A DNA stretch of 35,670 nucleotides from a virus (Duplodnaviria; Caudoviricetes). This document shows, in pieces, positions 19,830-27,154 of this stretch (position 1 is the first letter of the stretch; each line of letters opens with the position of its first letter). Location of the stretch: IMG/VR virus record IMGVR_UViG_3300049712_000017, positions 1 through 35,670 of that record; one strand, given 5' to 3'. The notes under the pieces were generated by a model. The model was not told the DNA's origin, ran no database searches, and saw only the letters and a list, made by a program, of their open reading frames with translations. A program made the position numbers and the translations under genes.

Positions 19830-20217
19830 GAAGGTGGTCGATCTGATCTAGAATACTTCGCTGAGCAGTTACGTAGTCCTTTATCTCAGCCAGTTCTAGC
19901 AGTGCTTTCTTTGATCCATCTCCAACCACAGAGTCGGCCAAAAGGCACTTTAGACGCGAAAGGGCGACCCCAATGGAAGCAGCAGTCAGGAGAATAGAAT
20001 CTCCACATGACGTGCATCTTCCGATGGGGTCGCCCCAATTCCAGTCTATGTCAGTAGGGTCTAAAACATGACTAGAACATTTTATATTTGTGAAAACATT
20101 TGTATACGTAGTGTTAAAATCAGTTACAGAAGTTCCACAATTAGAGTATTGCTGTACGTCAACAGGGTCACCATTGAAGAATGACGCCCCGTTTAAGTTT
20201 GGTTCTCCTAATGCCAT
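19798..20217 (-). CDS. Hypothetical protein with Zn-ribbon-like Cys/His motifs
   Basis: CSSH...CTSC; preceded by an extended -10 (TGtTATGAT) 7 nt upstream, so possibly leaderless. Confidence 0.6.
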   Translation of the reverse strand: MALGEPNLNGASFFNGDPVDVQQYSNCGTSVTDFNTTYTNVFTNIKCSSHVLDPTDIDWNWGDPIGRCTSCGDSILLTAASIGVALSRLKCLLADSVVGDGSKKALLELAEIKDYVTAQRSILDQIDHLLGLAAKMCDE

Positions 20218-20249
20218 AACTCAGATCATAACACATCAATCTGAGTTAT
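20216..20249. promoter_or_regulatory. 11-bp inverted repeat flanking an extended -10 (candidate operator)
   Basis: ATAACTCAGAT-N12-ATCTGAGTTAT, overlapping the start codon at 20217. Confidence 0.4.
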
Positions 20250-20258
20250 TTGCCAATA

Positions 20259-20672
20259 TTACGTAACTTCTTCGGTAGACTCGGGTGCAGCCTCGACCTC
20301 AATGCCGTGAACTAGTTCGACAACACCAGTCTTGGCTTCTTCGATCTTATGGCGTTCCTCGGTTTCCTTGCGAAGAACTTCCTCGTCAATCTCCGAGAAC
20401 ACAACCCAAAACTTTACTTCAAGATAGTGTCCAGACTTAGGCTCCAACGCATAGGGAACCCATGTATCAAGGTTATTCTTTAACCTATCAAGTGCTCTGT
20501 CGACAATATCTACGATAGCCTCACGGTGTTCCTGCGGCATCTTGTCCCAATACTCCTTACTATCTGCTTCCAACTTGGTGAAGCGTTCCTTTTCCTTCCA
20601 AATATCAGAAGGACCTAAAATCCCTTGCCTAACCTTGGGGTCCTGCCCAGGCTCTACTACCTTATCAGTCAT
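20259..20672 (-). CDS. Hypothetical protein
   Basis: Acidic 137 aa ORF; TAATG coupling. Confidence 0.65.
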   Translation of the reverse strand: MTDKVVEPGQDPKVRQGILGPSDIWKEKERFTKLEADSKEYWDKMPQEHREAIVDIVDRALDRLKNNLDTWVPYALEPKSGHYLEVKFWVVFSEIDEEVLRKETEERHKIEEAKTGVVELVHGIEVEAAPESTEEVT

Positions 20673-20947
20673 TAAGAAAAGACCTCTCCCGTTTTCTTGA
20701 CAGACTCTACGAGTCGTTCGAATTTCTTCTCTACTTCGGCGTTGTCAGAAGGGGCATCTTCAATCGCTTCGATCATGCAGGTCTTGTGGACGTTTGCAGC
20801 CACAGCCTGTTGCTTCCCGCCGATAATCTCAATAGTGTACTGGAACTGAATGACAGAACGACCTGGGGCCAACTTCTTCCTACAACTAGCGCACTTAGGA
20901 TCGCCAGCAAATAGGTTTTCTCCCCAAACGCCAGTTCTACTCGCCAT
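20672..20947 (-). CDS. Hypothetical Zn-binding protein
   Basis: CASC...HKTC. Confidence 0.65.
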   Translation of the reverse strand: MASRTGVWGENLFAGDPKCASCRKKLAPGRSVIQFQYTIEIIGGKQQAVAANVHKTCMIEAIEDAPSDNAEVEKKFERLVESVKKTGEVFS

Positions 20948-21287
20948 CAGCCCCGAAGATATCGCCGCCTTCTTCCACGGCCTTACGCAGTTGTTCCTTC
21001 AAGATTTCAGCCTCATCAAGAGAACTTTCCTTGAACATCGTCTGCAATTCCTTGTCCTGCTCGTACTTCTCAGGATTCTGAACCCTATCAGAAAATGCCT
21101 GGTCGCCAATAATGAAGGTGACTGCGGCCACAGTAGTAGCAGCGCCTCCATCTTCGGCAGGAACCTGAGCGAACCCATAGCCCTGCATATATAGACCCAA
21201 CTTTTGAGCAGCCTGCTCTATGCCGTCGAGTCTAGGCTGCATCTCTGCCATGAACTCTTCGGGATCAGGCTGATTAGTATTGCTCAT
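20937..21287 (-). CDS. Hypothetical acidic protein
   Basis: Start reassigned to MSNTNQPD (RBS GGAGAG, upstream promoter). The track start at 21428 lies beyond the promoter. Confidence 0.7.
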   Translation of the reverse strand: MSNTNQPDPEEFMAEMQPRLDGIEQAAQKLGLYMQGYGFAQVPAEDGGAATTVAAVTFIIGDQAFSDRVQNPEKYEQDKELQTMFKESSLDEAEILKEQLRKAVEEGGDIFGADGE

Positions 21288-21324
21288 TACTCTCCGTTCG
21301 TGGGACACTGATACATCTGGACCG

Positions 21325-21353
21325 ATCGTATACCATGAGAGCCGAAATGTCAA
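21325..21353 (-). promoter_or_regulatory. Sigma-70/SigA-type promoter
   Basis: TTGACA-N17-TACGAT. Confidence 0.75.
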
Positions 21354-21368
21354 GAGATTTTTTTCTAC

Positions 21369-21397
21369 TTGACAAAATGACCCGAATAGACTAGACT
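21369..21397 (+). promoter_or_regulatory. Sigma-70/SigA-type promoter for the Rpf gene
   Basis: TTGACA-N17-TAGACT, back-to-back with the leftward promoter. Confidence 0.75.
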
Positions 21398-21517
21398 GTT
21401 TGACCGAAAGGAGTTGCCTATCGACCACACACGCTTTGGATTACGTTAATAGCGTTCTGCCGAAGCACGAAGTCCACACCGGCCCCAAGGGTCATACCGA
21501 AAGACCAGGAGAACATA

Positions 21518-21994
21518 GTGCATAGACGGAATATTGCAACATCAGCAATCTTCATAGTAATATTGTTTCTAGGGTTATCTGTAGATGCAAATGCATTCGC
21601 AGACGATCCTACTACGAGTACAACATCTTCTACACAGGTAGAAGAGACTACAACAACTGAATCCACAACCACAACCGTCCCGGTAACTACCACATCTACT
21701 TCGACACCATCTAGAGATGTGATCCCCGTACCTGTCATCAGGTGTGAATCAGGCGGGGATTATTCGAAGAAGATTCGACGGTTCCACCCTACAAGACGAA
21801 CTGCATCCGGTAAGTATATGATTACCAGAGGCACCTGGAACAAGTTCGCAGGGTTTACTTACGCCTATTTGGCCCCTCCCCATATTCAAGACCTAAAGGC
21901 AGAATCGCTTTGGGCTGGCGGGTATGGATGGCGACATTGGAAATCCTGTGGGTCGAGGAAGTTCGGAAAGAACGCACCCCGAAGGCATAGGTAA
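21518..21994 (+). CDS. Secreted resuscitation-promoting factor (Rpf)-like transglycosylase
   Basis: Signal peptide (basic N-region, hydrophobic core, ANAFA), Thr/Ser-rich linker, then CESGGDY...ASGKYMI...TW...A..A....Q...A..LW...G..HW.SC with the catalytic Glu and flanking Cys pair. Confidence 0.85.
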   Translation: MHRRNIATSAIFIVILFLGLSVDANAFADDPTTSTTSSTQVEETTTTESTTTTVPVTTTSTSTPSRDVIPVPVIRCESGGDYSKKIRRFHPTRRTASGKYMITRGTWNKFAGFTYAYLAPPHIQDLKAESLWAGGYGWRHWKSCGSRKFGKNAPRRHR

Positions 21995-21997
21995 AAC

Positions 21998-22035
21998 GAA
22001 AGGCCCTTCTCATTACGAGAGGGGCCTTTCTTATT
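21998..22035. terminator. Terminator between convergent genes (possibly bidirectional)
   Basis: GAAAGGCCCTTCTC-ATTAC-GAGAGGGGCCTTTC-TTATT. Confidence 0.8.
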
Positions 22036-22045
22036 GTGGCTTCCG

Positions 22046-22252
22046 TTATGGCTCCACGTCATCTGTCAAGCAGACCGAACATCGACAATCCTCTGGATGG
22101 TCTACCAACGTCAAAGTTTCAAAAATGTTACGAGCAACAGTTTGGATATCCACGTTAGCGGCATCGGCTGCTCTGAGTGCTTGTTCCCTAATGATGTTTC
22201 GATCATCACCGTGGTTCTCGTCAGGAATCTTGCATCCACATGAAAGGCACAT
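22046..22252 (-). CDS. Small Cys/His-rich putative metal-binding protein
   Basis: MCLSCGC..P...HGDDRNI at the N-terminus; HPEDCRCSVC at the C-terminus. Confidence 0.65.
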   Translation of the reverse strand: MCLSCGCKIPDENHGDDRNIIREQALRAADAANVDIQTVARNIFETLTLVDHPEDCRCSVCLTDDVEP

Positions 22253-22401
22253 TAGTACCTTCTATTATAGAAGGACCATCCTCCTGGGCCGATCCCGGCT
22301 GCAAGAAGCAAAAGGATTACCCCGAAAAGCACGGCACCCTTTAGGATAGACAAGACTCCCCAAACGGCTAGAATGACTGCAAGGACCATAAGAACTGGCA
22401 T
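22252..22401 (-). CDS. GPGG-motif small membrane protein (49 aa)
   Basis: Not in the track: MPVLMVLAVILAVWGVLSILKGAVLFGVILLLLAAGIGPGGWSFYNRRY. Two TM helices then GPGG; RBS GGAGA; TAATG coupling. Confidence 0.8.
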   Translation of the reverse strand: MPVLMVLAVILAVWGVLSILKGAVLFGVILLLLAAGIGPGGWSFYNRRY

Positions 22402-22410
22402 GTTATCTCC

Positions 22411-22689
22411 TTAGACTGCTGGGTCAATTGTGGCAGGCTCTGCACCAGAAGATGCCTGTGCCTTAAGCACGGCAGGAATTGCTCCATTGTCCTCTAGGGC
22501 GTTCTGAACATAGGTCAGCAATGCTATAACCCCGGCTGCAAGTGCTGAAACACCGGTCTTCTGAAAAATGCTCAGATCAACGGCTGCGCCATCTGCTACG
22601 GCACCCAAAACGCCGCTGGTCAGAATAGAACCGGTAAAAGCCTGAACAAATGTTCTTAACGCTCTACGTACTGCATCATTTAGTCTCAT
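22411..22689 (-). CDS. Holin, r1t-like
   Basis: 'RRALRTFVQAF' followed by two hydrophobic segments. Confidence 0.7.
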   Translation of the reverse strand: MRLNDAVRRALRTFVQAFTGSILTSGVLGAVADGAAVDLSIFQKTGVSALAAGVIALLTYVQNALEDNGAIPAVLKAQASSGAEPATIDPAV

Positions 22690-22725
22690 GTTACTCCTAT
22701 CGTCATCTGCGGCGACAATATTTGG

Positions 22726-23118
22726 TTATTCCGCAGACTCTCTCTTTTCTAACCCAATGGCTGCTCGCAACTCAGCCACGTCCTGGTCATCCACATCTTG
22801 CTGTTCCATGAAATCTGCAAGTGCCATGATAATAGCATTCAACTTATGCTGAGTAGCCTGGGAATCCCTCTTCGTAGAGTTCTCTAGCAGGGCTACCATC
22901 AAGAAGGTTACAATCGTAGTCGCTGTATTGATCAGGAAGTTCCATACATTGAAATCCTGAATCACGAACCACGATCCCATCCACAGCACCACTAGTATAA
23001 CACAAGCAGTGAAGTAGGGGGCCTTACTTACGAAGGTTGTAGCACGATCTGCGAACCTATCGAAGAAGCCCACATCAGGAGTTACACTGGATGGAAGCAA
23101 ATCGTTCGATTTTTGCAT
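22726..23118 (-). CDS. Low-affinity iron permease family membrane protein (Fet4-like)
   Basis: 'FDRFA...W..LINTATTIVTFLMVALLEN...RD..A..HKL' matches the family signature. Start taken at MQKSND. Confidence 0.8.
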   Translation of the reverse strand: MQKSNDLLPSSVTPDVGFFDRFADRATTFVSKAPYFTACVILVVLWMGSWFVIQDFNVWNFLINTATTIVTFLMVALLENSTKRDSQATQHKLNAIIMALADFMEQQDVDDQDVAELRAAIGLEKRESAE

Positions 23119-23429
23119 AACCATTCTGTCGGCAGTCAAAAGAATCATATGTATAAGTTGTGCCGATCATCGGCACCGGCGAGCGAAGCGAAGCCGATTT
23201 CCACCAAGCATAGCAGCAATCTTACTCCCCCCTGGGTACCCAACCCGACCGTAACGCCGTCGTCGCGTTCAATGCATGCACTGAAAAAGAAGAAGCGATC
23301 AACCGTCACCATCGACGGGAGGCTGCCCGGTTTCACTCGGGGGAGGTTTCTCACCTACAACGCTCTCTCGGCGGCGCAGCCGTGCTTCATCGGCAAGTCG
23401 AGGTTGTTGCCGTCCCCGCTCGGCAAGAG

Positions 23430-23702
23430 TTAGGTATTTTTCCTAATGCAATCCATGCATCCACGTGAGATGGCCCATGATCCTTGAGTTATTTGTACAA
23501 AGCGAGAAAGGTCAAGGTCCTGTTCACAAAACTTACACCAGGCTTTTACATCTTGACCCTTCCTACGGGCGCGATTTAGTGCTATGTTTTGCTTGTGTCG
23601 CTTTCTAGCACCTGGGTCAGTGAACTGTCCTTTTCGGACAGCGTTGCTTGCTGAGCCCATCTTCCCTTTTTGGCGGTCGTTGGATCGCATGACGAAAAGC
23701 AT
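23430..23702 (-). CDS. Basic Zn-ribbon protein
   Basis: CKFC...CMDC; start uncertain. Confidence 0.55.
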   Translation of the reverse strand: MLFVMRSNDRQKGKMGSASNAVRKGQFTDPGARKRHKQNIALNRARRKGQDVKAWCKFCEQDLDLSRFVQITQGSWAISRGCMDCIRKNT

Positions 23703-23824
23703 ACCTCAATAATCCGCATTCCCCGCCTGATTTGGAGAATTTTTATCTCAGCGCCAAATTTTCCGAGAAAATACAAGGAAAAAAATTTCGCATGGGGTAT
23801 AGTGGGCAGGACAAGGAGCGAGGA

Positions 23825-24100
23825 ATGAACAAGAGCGAAATCATAAGGGCCGTCGCCAAAGAGGTAAAGGTCCCCGCCAAAGACGCTGAGAAGATCATAG
23901 AGTCGTTCCTAGACATTGTATGTCTCAGTCTATCATGTGGCGAGGAAGTCCTTATCACGAACTTCGGTAAGTTCGAACTTCGTCAGCGTCCCGCTATGAT
24001 CCACAGGAACCCAAAGTCGGGTGAGAAAGTGGAAGTACCGGCAAAAGTATATCTAGGCTTCAAGCCTTCTGGATCACTAAGAGAAAGACTAAACCCTTGA
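23825..24100 (+). CDS. hup: HU/IHF-family DNA-binding protein
   Basis: MNKSEII...FGKFELRQRPA...RNPKSGEKVEVPAK...FKPSGSL. Start reassigned to 23825. Confidence 0.9.
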   Translation: MNKSEIIRAVAKEVKVPAKDAEKIIESFLDIVCLSLSCGEEVLITNFGKFELRQRPAMIHRNPKSGEKVEVPAKVYLGFKPSGSLRERLNP

Positions 24101-24708
24101 TAACAACAAAGCCTGAACCTGAGGTTCTATACAGGGGCTTTCATGTAGTAAAGATCGAACGCGACACCGCTAAGCGCATTACGAAGTGCCGCATATGTTC
24201 AAAGAAGATTCCTAAGGGCTCACTACGTCTGCGGATTACTTATAAGATGAACAACCCGCGGCTATACGCTGGTAGGCAGGTGTGGTACACTAAACTGTTC
24301 ATGCACCCTAAGTGCGCAGGTGAGCAGTTGTTGGGCGAAGTCACTGACACTGAGATTTCATGTACCTTCTGCAACAGCATGGGCCGACCTCAACAGTTTC
24401 AGTGCTATGGATCAAAGTTTTACGAATTTGCTTGCCCTGATTGCAAGAAGTTTCTTGATCGGTGTAAGAGTTGTGGCGGGAGTTATTGCAAGCGTGACTT
24501 GTCTCCTGTTACAACCACCTGGGCAATGCAGGCTTTTAACAAAATAGATGCTGGTGATCTTGTATGTCAAAGATGCGAAATGTCATATGACTACAAGACC
24601 ATCAGGAGTGAAAGAATATCCCAAAAAGCCGATACTCTATTCCAGATTCGCTGGAATGAACTTATCGGCAAGGTTAGGAGTCGAGGCATATGGGGCGACT
24701 TGGAGTAG
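24097..24708 (+). CDS. Multi-zinc-finger protein with a PARP-type N-terminal finger
   Basis: CRICSKKIPKGSLR...HPKC plus four more CxxC pairs. Confidence 0.6.
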   Translation: MITTKPEPEVLYRGFHVVKIERDTAKRITKCRICSKKIPKGSLRLRITYKMNNPRLYAGRQVWYTKLFMHPKCAGEQLLGEVTDTEISCTFCNSMGRPQQFQCYGSKFYEFACPDCKKFLDRCKSCGGSYCKRDLSPVTTTWAMQAFNKIDAGDLVCQRCEMSYDYKTIRSERISQKADTLFQIRWNELIGKVRSRGIWGDLE

Positions 24709-24968
24709 ACAGAGAAACTCTTCATCAACTTCTATGGGATAGGGCTGACTCTGTAGGACGACTGAAAATCAAGCAGGGCGACCTAGCAGAAGAACTTGAC
24801 TTAAGGTTTGAGACAATATCTCGTATCTTCAAGGAGTTCAGAGAAGAAGGCCGCATCCGTAAGTTGACTGCGTACAAGGATAACGTAGCCCTATATCAGA
24901 TCGTAGACCCAAAGGTCTATCGCTGGGGTGGAGTTGCTCCCGGCCCGCAAGATTCCCTTTTCGATTAA
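24690..24968 (+). CDS. Crp-type winged HTH protein
   Basis: 'IKQGDLAEELDLRFETISRIFKEFREEGRI'. Confidence 0.75.
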   Translation: MGRLGVDRETLHQLLWDRADSVGRLKIKQGDLAEELDLRFETISRIFKEFREEGRIRKLTAYKDNVALYQIVDPKVYRWGGVAPGPQDSLFD

Positions 24969-24983
24969 TGGTACAATGCTGAC

Positions 24984-25328
24984 ATGGATAAAGACCTACT
25001 TTCGACCCTTCGCTTCTATGCCTCTAGATACGAGAGCCTAGACCCACAAGCGACAGCAGATTTGGACAATGCCTCAGCATTCTGGCGAGATTTTCTTCGA
25101 ACGCACAACTTGGATTCGAAGGACCCCGCAGAACTCCAAAAACTCCTTGCCATGTTCAGTCTCCTGTTCACTACAGGCTGTGCCGTATTGGAAGATAACC
25201 CTAACGAGGTCATCACCATGCAAGAGGCTGTGGATAACTACATGGGGGGCATAGCCATGATCATACTCAACATGCTCCCTCAAAGCGAGCGTACAGAAGT
25301 GCTAGCCAAGAGAGTTCGTTTTGTATGA
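24984..25328 (+). CDS. Hypothetical protein
   Basis: 114 aa; extended -10 TGgTACAAT 6 nt before the ATG, so possibly leaderless. Confidence 0.65.
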   Translation: MDKDLLSTLRFYASRYESLDPQATADLDNASAFWRDFLRTHNLDSKDPAELQKLLAMFSLLFTTGCAVLEDNPNEVITMQEAVDNYMGGIAMIILNMLPQSERTEVLAKRVRFV

Positions 25329-25506
25329 AAACCATCAGGAAGAACCTAGGTGTCTTCCATGTGAACTAATGGGACGTTATCTCATACAATTCTCAGTAGA
25401 GGACTGTGAACTTTGTAGCGATCCATTTATACACAGGTCAGATGAGCCTAGCGTGGCCTGCTATGTGTGCAGAGTGGAATACATGTATACCCTCCTTGGA
25501 CTTTAA
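25321..25506 (+). CDS. Small CxxC-rich protein
   Basis: Three CxxC pairs; overlaps the end of the previous gene. Confidence 0.5.
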   Translation: MYENHQEEPRCLPCELMGRYLIQFSVEDCELCSDPFIHRSDEPSVACYVCRVEYMYTLLGL

Positions 25507-25630
25507 CCAGTTCGAAGTCCGGTATACGCGGAAGTGCCCCCCAGTGAGCGTCATGTCTCACCGGAGGGCGCTTCTTCTTTTTTCTGCCTCTTTTCCAGAT
25601 TGGAACTTCATAGAAGTTTAGAGGCTTCAT
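25448..25630 (-). CDS. Small basic hypothetical protein
   Basis: ATGA-coupled to the upstream membrane ORF; KRGRKKKKR stretch. Confidence 0.45.
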   Translation of the reverse strand: MKPLNFYEVPIWKRGRKKKKRPPVRHDAHWGALPRIPDFELVKVQGGYTCIPLCTHSRPR

Positions 25631-25788
25631 CCAACTCTGGCCCCGTTAACAAGGTGTGCTGCTACGTGGGCAGCCAAACCAAATGCTAACAGAGCGGAAA
25701 AGTTTCCTGTCATCCAGGTGAGTGCTACGGCACCAGCCGCAACAAATAGTGCTAACGATACGAACATTAGGATACGTGATACTAGCAT
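25627..25788 (-). CDS. Small membrane protein (53 aa)
   Basis: Not in the track: MLVSRILMFVSLALFVAAGAVALTWMTGNFSALLAFGLAAHVAAHLVNGARVG. RBS GGAGGT. Confidence 0.7.
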   Translation of the reverse strand: MLVSRILMFVSLALFVAAGAVALTWMTGNFSALLAFGLAAHVAAHLVNGARVG

Positions 25789-25818
25789 ATGTACCTCCTA
25801 TTTGTAATATACCCAGGA

Positions 25819-26034
25819 TTACAACCCAGGATACATTGTCATCCATGTATACGGTAAAGTAACGACTCCAACTGAGTCACACACATCACACATACCCACT
25901 TCGCACATGTATTCGTGGAATCCCAAGAAACAACAGTCTCCTAGGTGAACGACCCCAATACCTAGGCATCGTGGGCACGTAAAAGAGAACCAGTCACGGG
26001 CAATAGGGTTAACCTTTGTCGTTTCCGTGAACAT
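25819..26034 (-). CDS. Small Zn-finger-like protein, PxTW family
   Basis: CPRCLGIG...CDVCDSVG (DnaJ-like CxxCxGxG), then LPYTWMTM. Confidence 0.6.
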   Translation of the reverse strand: MFTETTKVNPIARDWFSFTCPRCLGIGVVHLGDCCFLGFHEYMCEVGMCDVCDSVGVVTLPYTWMTMYPGL

Positions 26035-26284
26035 CGCCACCGCTTTCGTCAAGATAATTCCTTATCTCGGCGTGGAGTGAGTCGTAGTTCTCATATTCCA
26101 CTATGTCGGTAACTTCCAGGCGATTAAGTAGCGCAAGGTTCAGATTTATCATCTCACCTAGTGCATTGCTGGTTTCAAACAGGGAGACTGTTAAGAGGTT
26201 CAACTTGCGGCGCGCTGAACGCAGCAGCGACCATATGACACCTGTTACGGTCATCAAGAAGATATAGCCCAATATTACGAGCAT
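26009..26284 (-). CDS. Hypothetical membrane-anchored protein
   Basis: Start reassigned to MLVILGYIF; N-terminal TM helix. Confidence 0.55.
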   Translation of the reverse strand: MLVILGYIFLMTVTGVIWSLLRSARRKLNLLTVSLFETSNALGEMINLNLALLNRLEVTDIVEYENYDSLHAEIRNYLDESGGDVHGNDKG

Positions 26285-26478
26285 CCCAACTTCTTCAATG
26301 ACATGAGCGCCTCGGTGAGTGCAGCGGCGTGGAAGAAGGCCACACACGCCTCCCAGGCGTCCTCTCCTTCTGCGATTTCCCAATCCCCACCCTGACCAGC
26401 CAAACGAGGCCAAGAGCACATTCTAGCCTCTTCTAGCACCTTATCCTTCAAATCATCTATAGTCATCAGCAACTCCAT
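26275..26478 (-). CDS. Hypothetical protein
   Basis: ORF in the tightly packed leftward operon. Confidence 0.55.
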   Translation of the reverse strand: MELLMTIDDLKDKVLEEARMCSWPRLAGQGGDWEIAEGEDAWEACVAFFHAAALTEALMSLKKLGCS

Positions 26479-26666
26479 TTCGCCGTGCTGCGAGGTTGGC
26501 TTAGATTCTCTTCGTAATCCCGAAGGAGCAGCCTCGTCTTTTGACGGTCTGACTTGTGCCAGGCTCTAGCGAGCGTACCACACCCGCCCCACCGACCGCC
26601 TAATTCCCACCAATCCTTGAATCTCAACTGTACTTCCAACGGCATTGTATTCGCTGTGCGACTCAT
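26466..26666 (-). CDS. Hypothetical basic protein
   Basis: 66 aa with RBS GAGG. Confidence 0.55.
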   Translation of the reverse strand: MSRTANTMPLEVQLRFKDWWELGGRWGGCGTLARAWHKSDRQKTRLLLRDYEENLSQPRSTAKWSC

Positions 26667-26678
26667 TGTAGCCTCTTA

Positions 26679-26864
26679 TCATAGGACCCACACCCACGTC
26701 TTGGGTATTCCGACACCATCAGTCAAACATATATGGCACCCTCCTATGTATGGAACTACTACTATGAGATATATACCTTTTCCATCACAAAAAACGCATT
26801 CCTCTACAGGATTCATGCACATGGGCGAATCCCATTCAACTAAAAGGTTAGGGTCAGTGACCAT
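26679..26864 (-). CDS. Small Zn-finger-like protein, PxTW family
   Basis: CVFCDGKG...CHIC...IPKTWVWVL. Confidence 0.6.
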   Translation of the reverse strand: MVTDPNLLVEWDSPMCMNPVEECVFCDGKGIYLIVVVPYIGGCHICLTDGVGIPKTWVWVL

Positions 26865-27085
26865 TCTGACTCACGTAATTCGCAATAGACGGCATTCTCT
26901 ACCATCTCTATTTCTTCCTCGGTCACAGGCAAAACCTCATTGCGCCTATCTCTGATGACCCGAGGGTGTGAGTCGCGCCACTTATTGGCATCAGCGCAGT
27001 CCAAACATATGGCATCGCTTTTACGCCTACCCTTGAAGGGAACAACACGGTTCTTAACTTCCCCGCACACCTTGCAGGCTCTCAT
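26840..27085 (-). CDS. Small Zn-ribbon protein
   Basis: CKVC...CLDC. Confidence 0.6.
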   Translation of the reverse strand: MRACKVCGEVKNRVVPFKGRRKSDAICLDCADANKWRDSHPRVIRDRRNEVLPVTEEEIEMVENAVYCELRESEWSLTLTF

Positions 27086-27154
27086 GCCAACACTATCGGC
27101 TTTTGGGGTATATTTTCAAAACCGTATATTGATCAAAAGCCTCCCCTCACCCTT

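Noticed and set aside
112-19997. Plus-strand ORFs in the track across the structural module (e.g. 7710..8237, 14405..15010, 17700..18122)
   Set aside because: They are antisense shadows of a tightly packed minus-strand operon, with no recognisable motifs.
21404-21517. c-di-AMP (ydaO) riboswitch or twister/hammerhead ribozyme upstream of rpf
   Set aside because: Conserved cores (GCUGAA...GGGGAACC...CCCGUCAGCUAAC; CUGAUGA...GAAA) are not visible, so it is kept only as an unnamed structured leader.
25811-25834. Short tandem ACCCAGGAT repeat
   Set aside because: Only two 9-bp copies at a gene end; this could be chance.
25646-25846. Track ORF MDDNVSW...
   Set aside because: An alternative frame (25627..25788) has a strong RBS, TM character and ATGA coupling.
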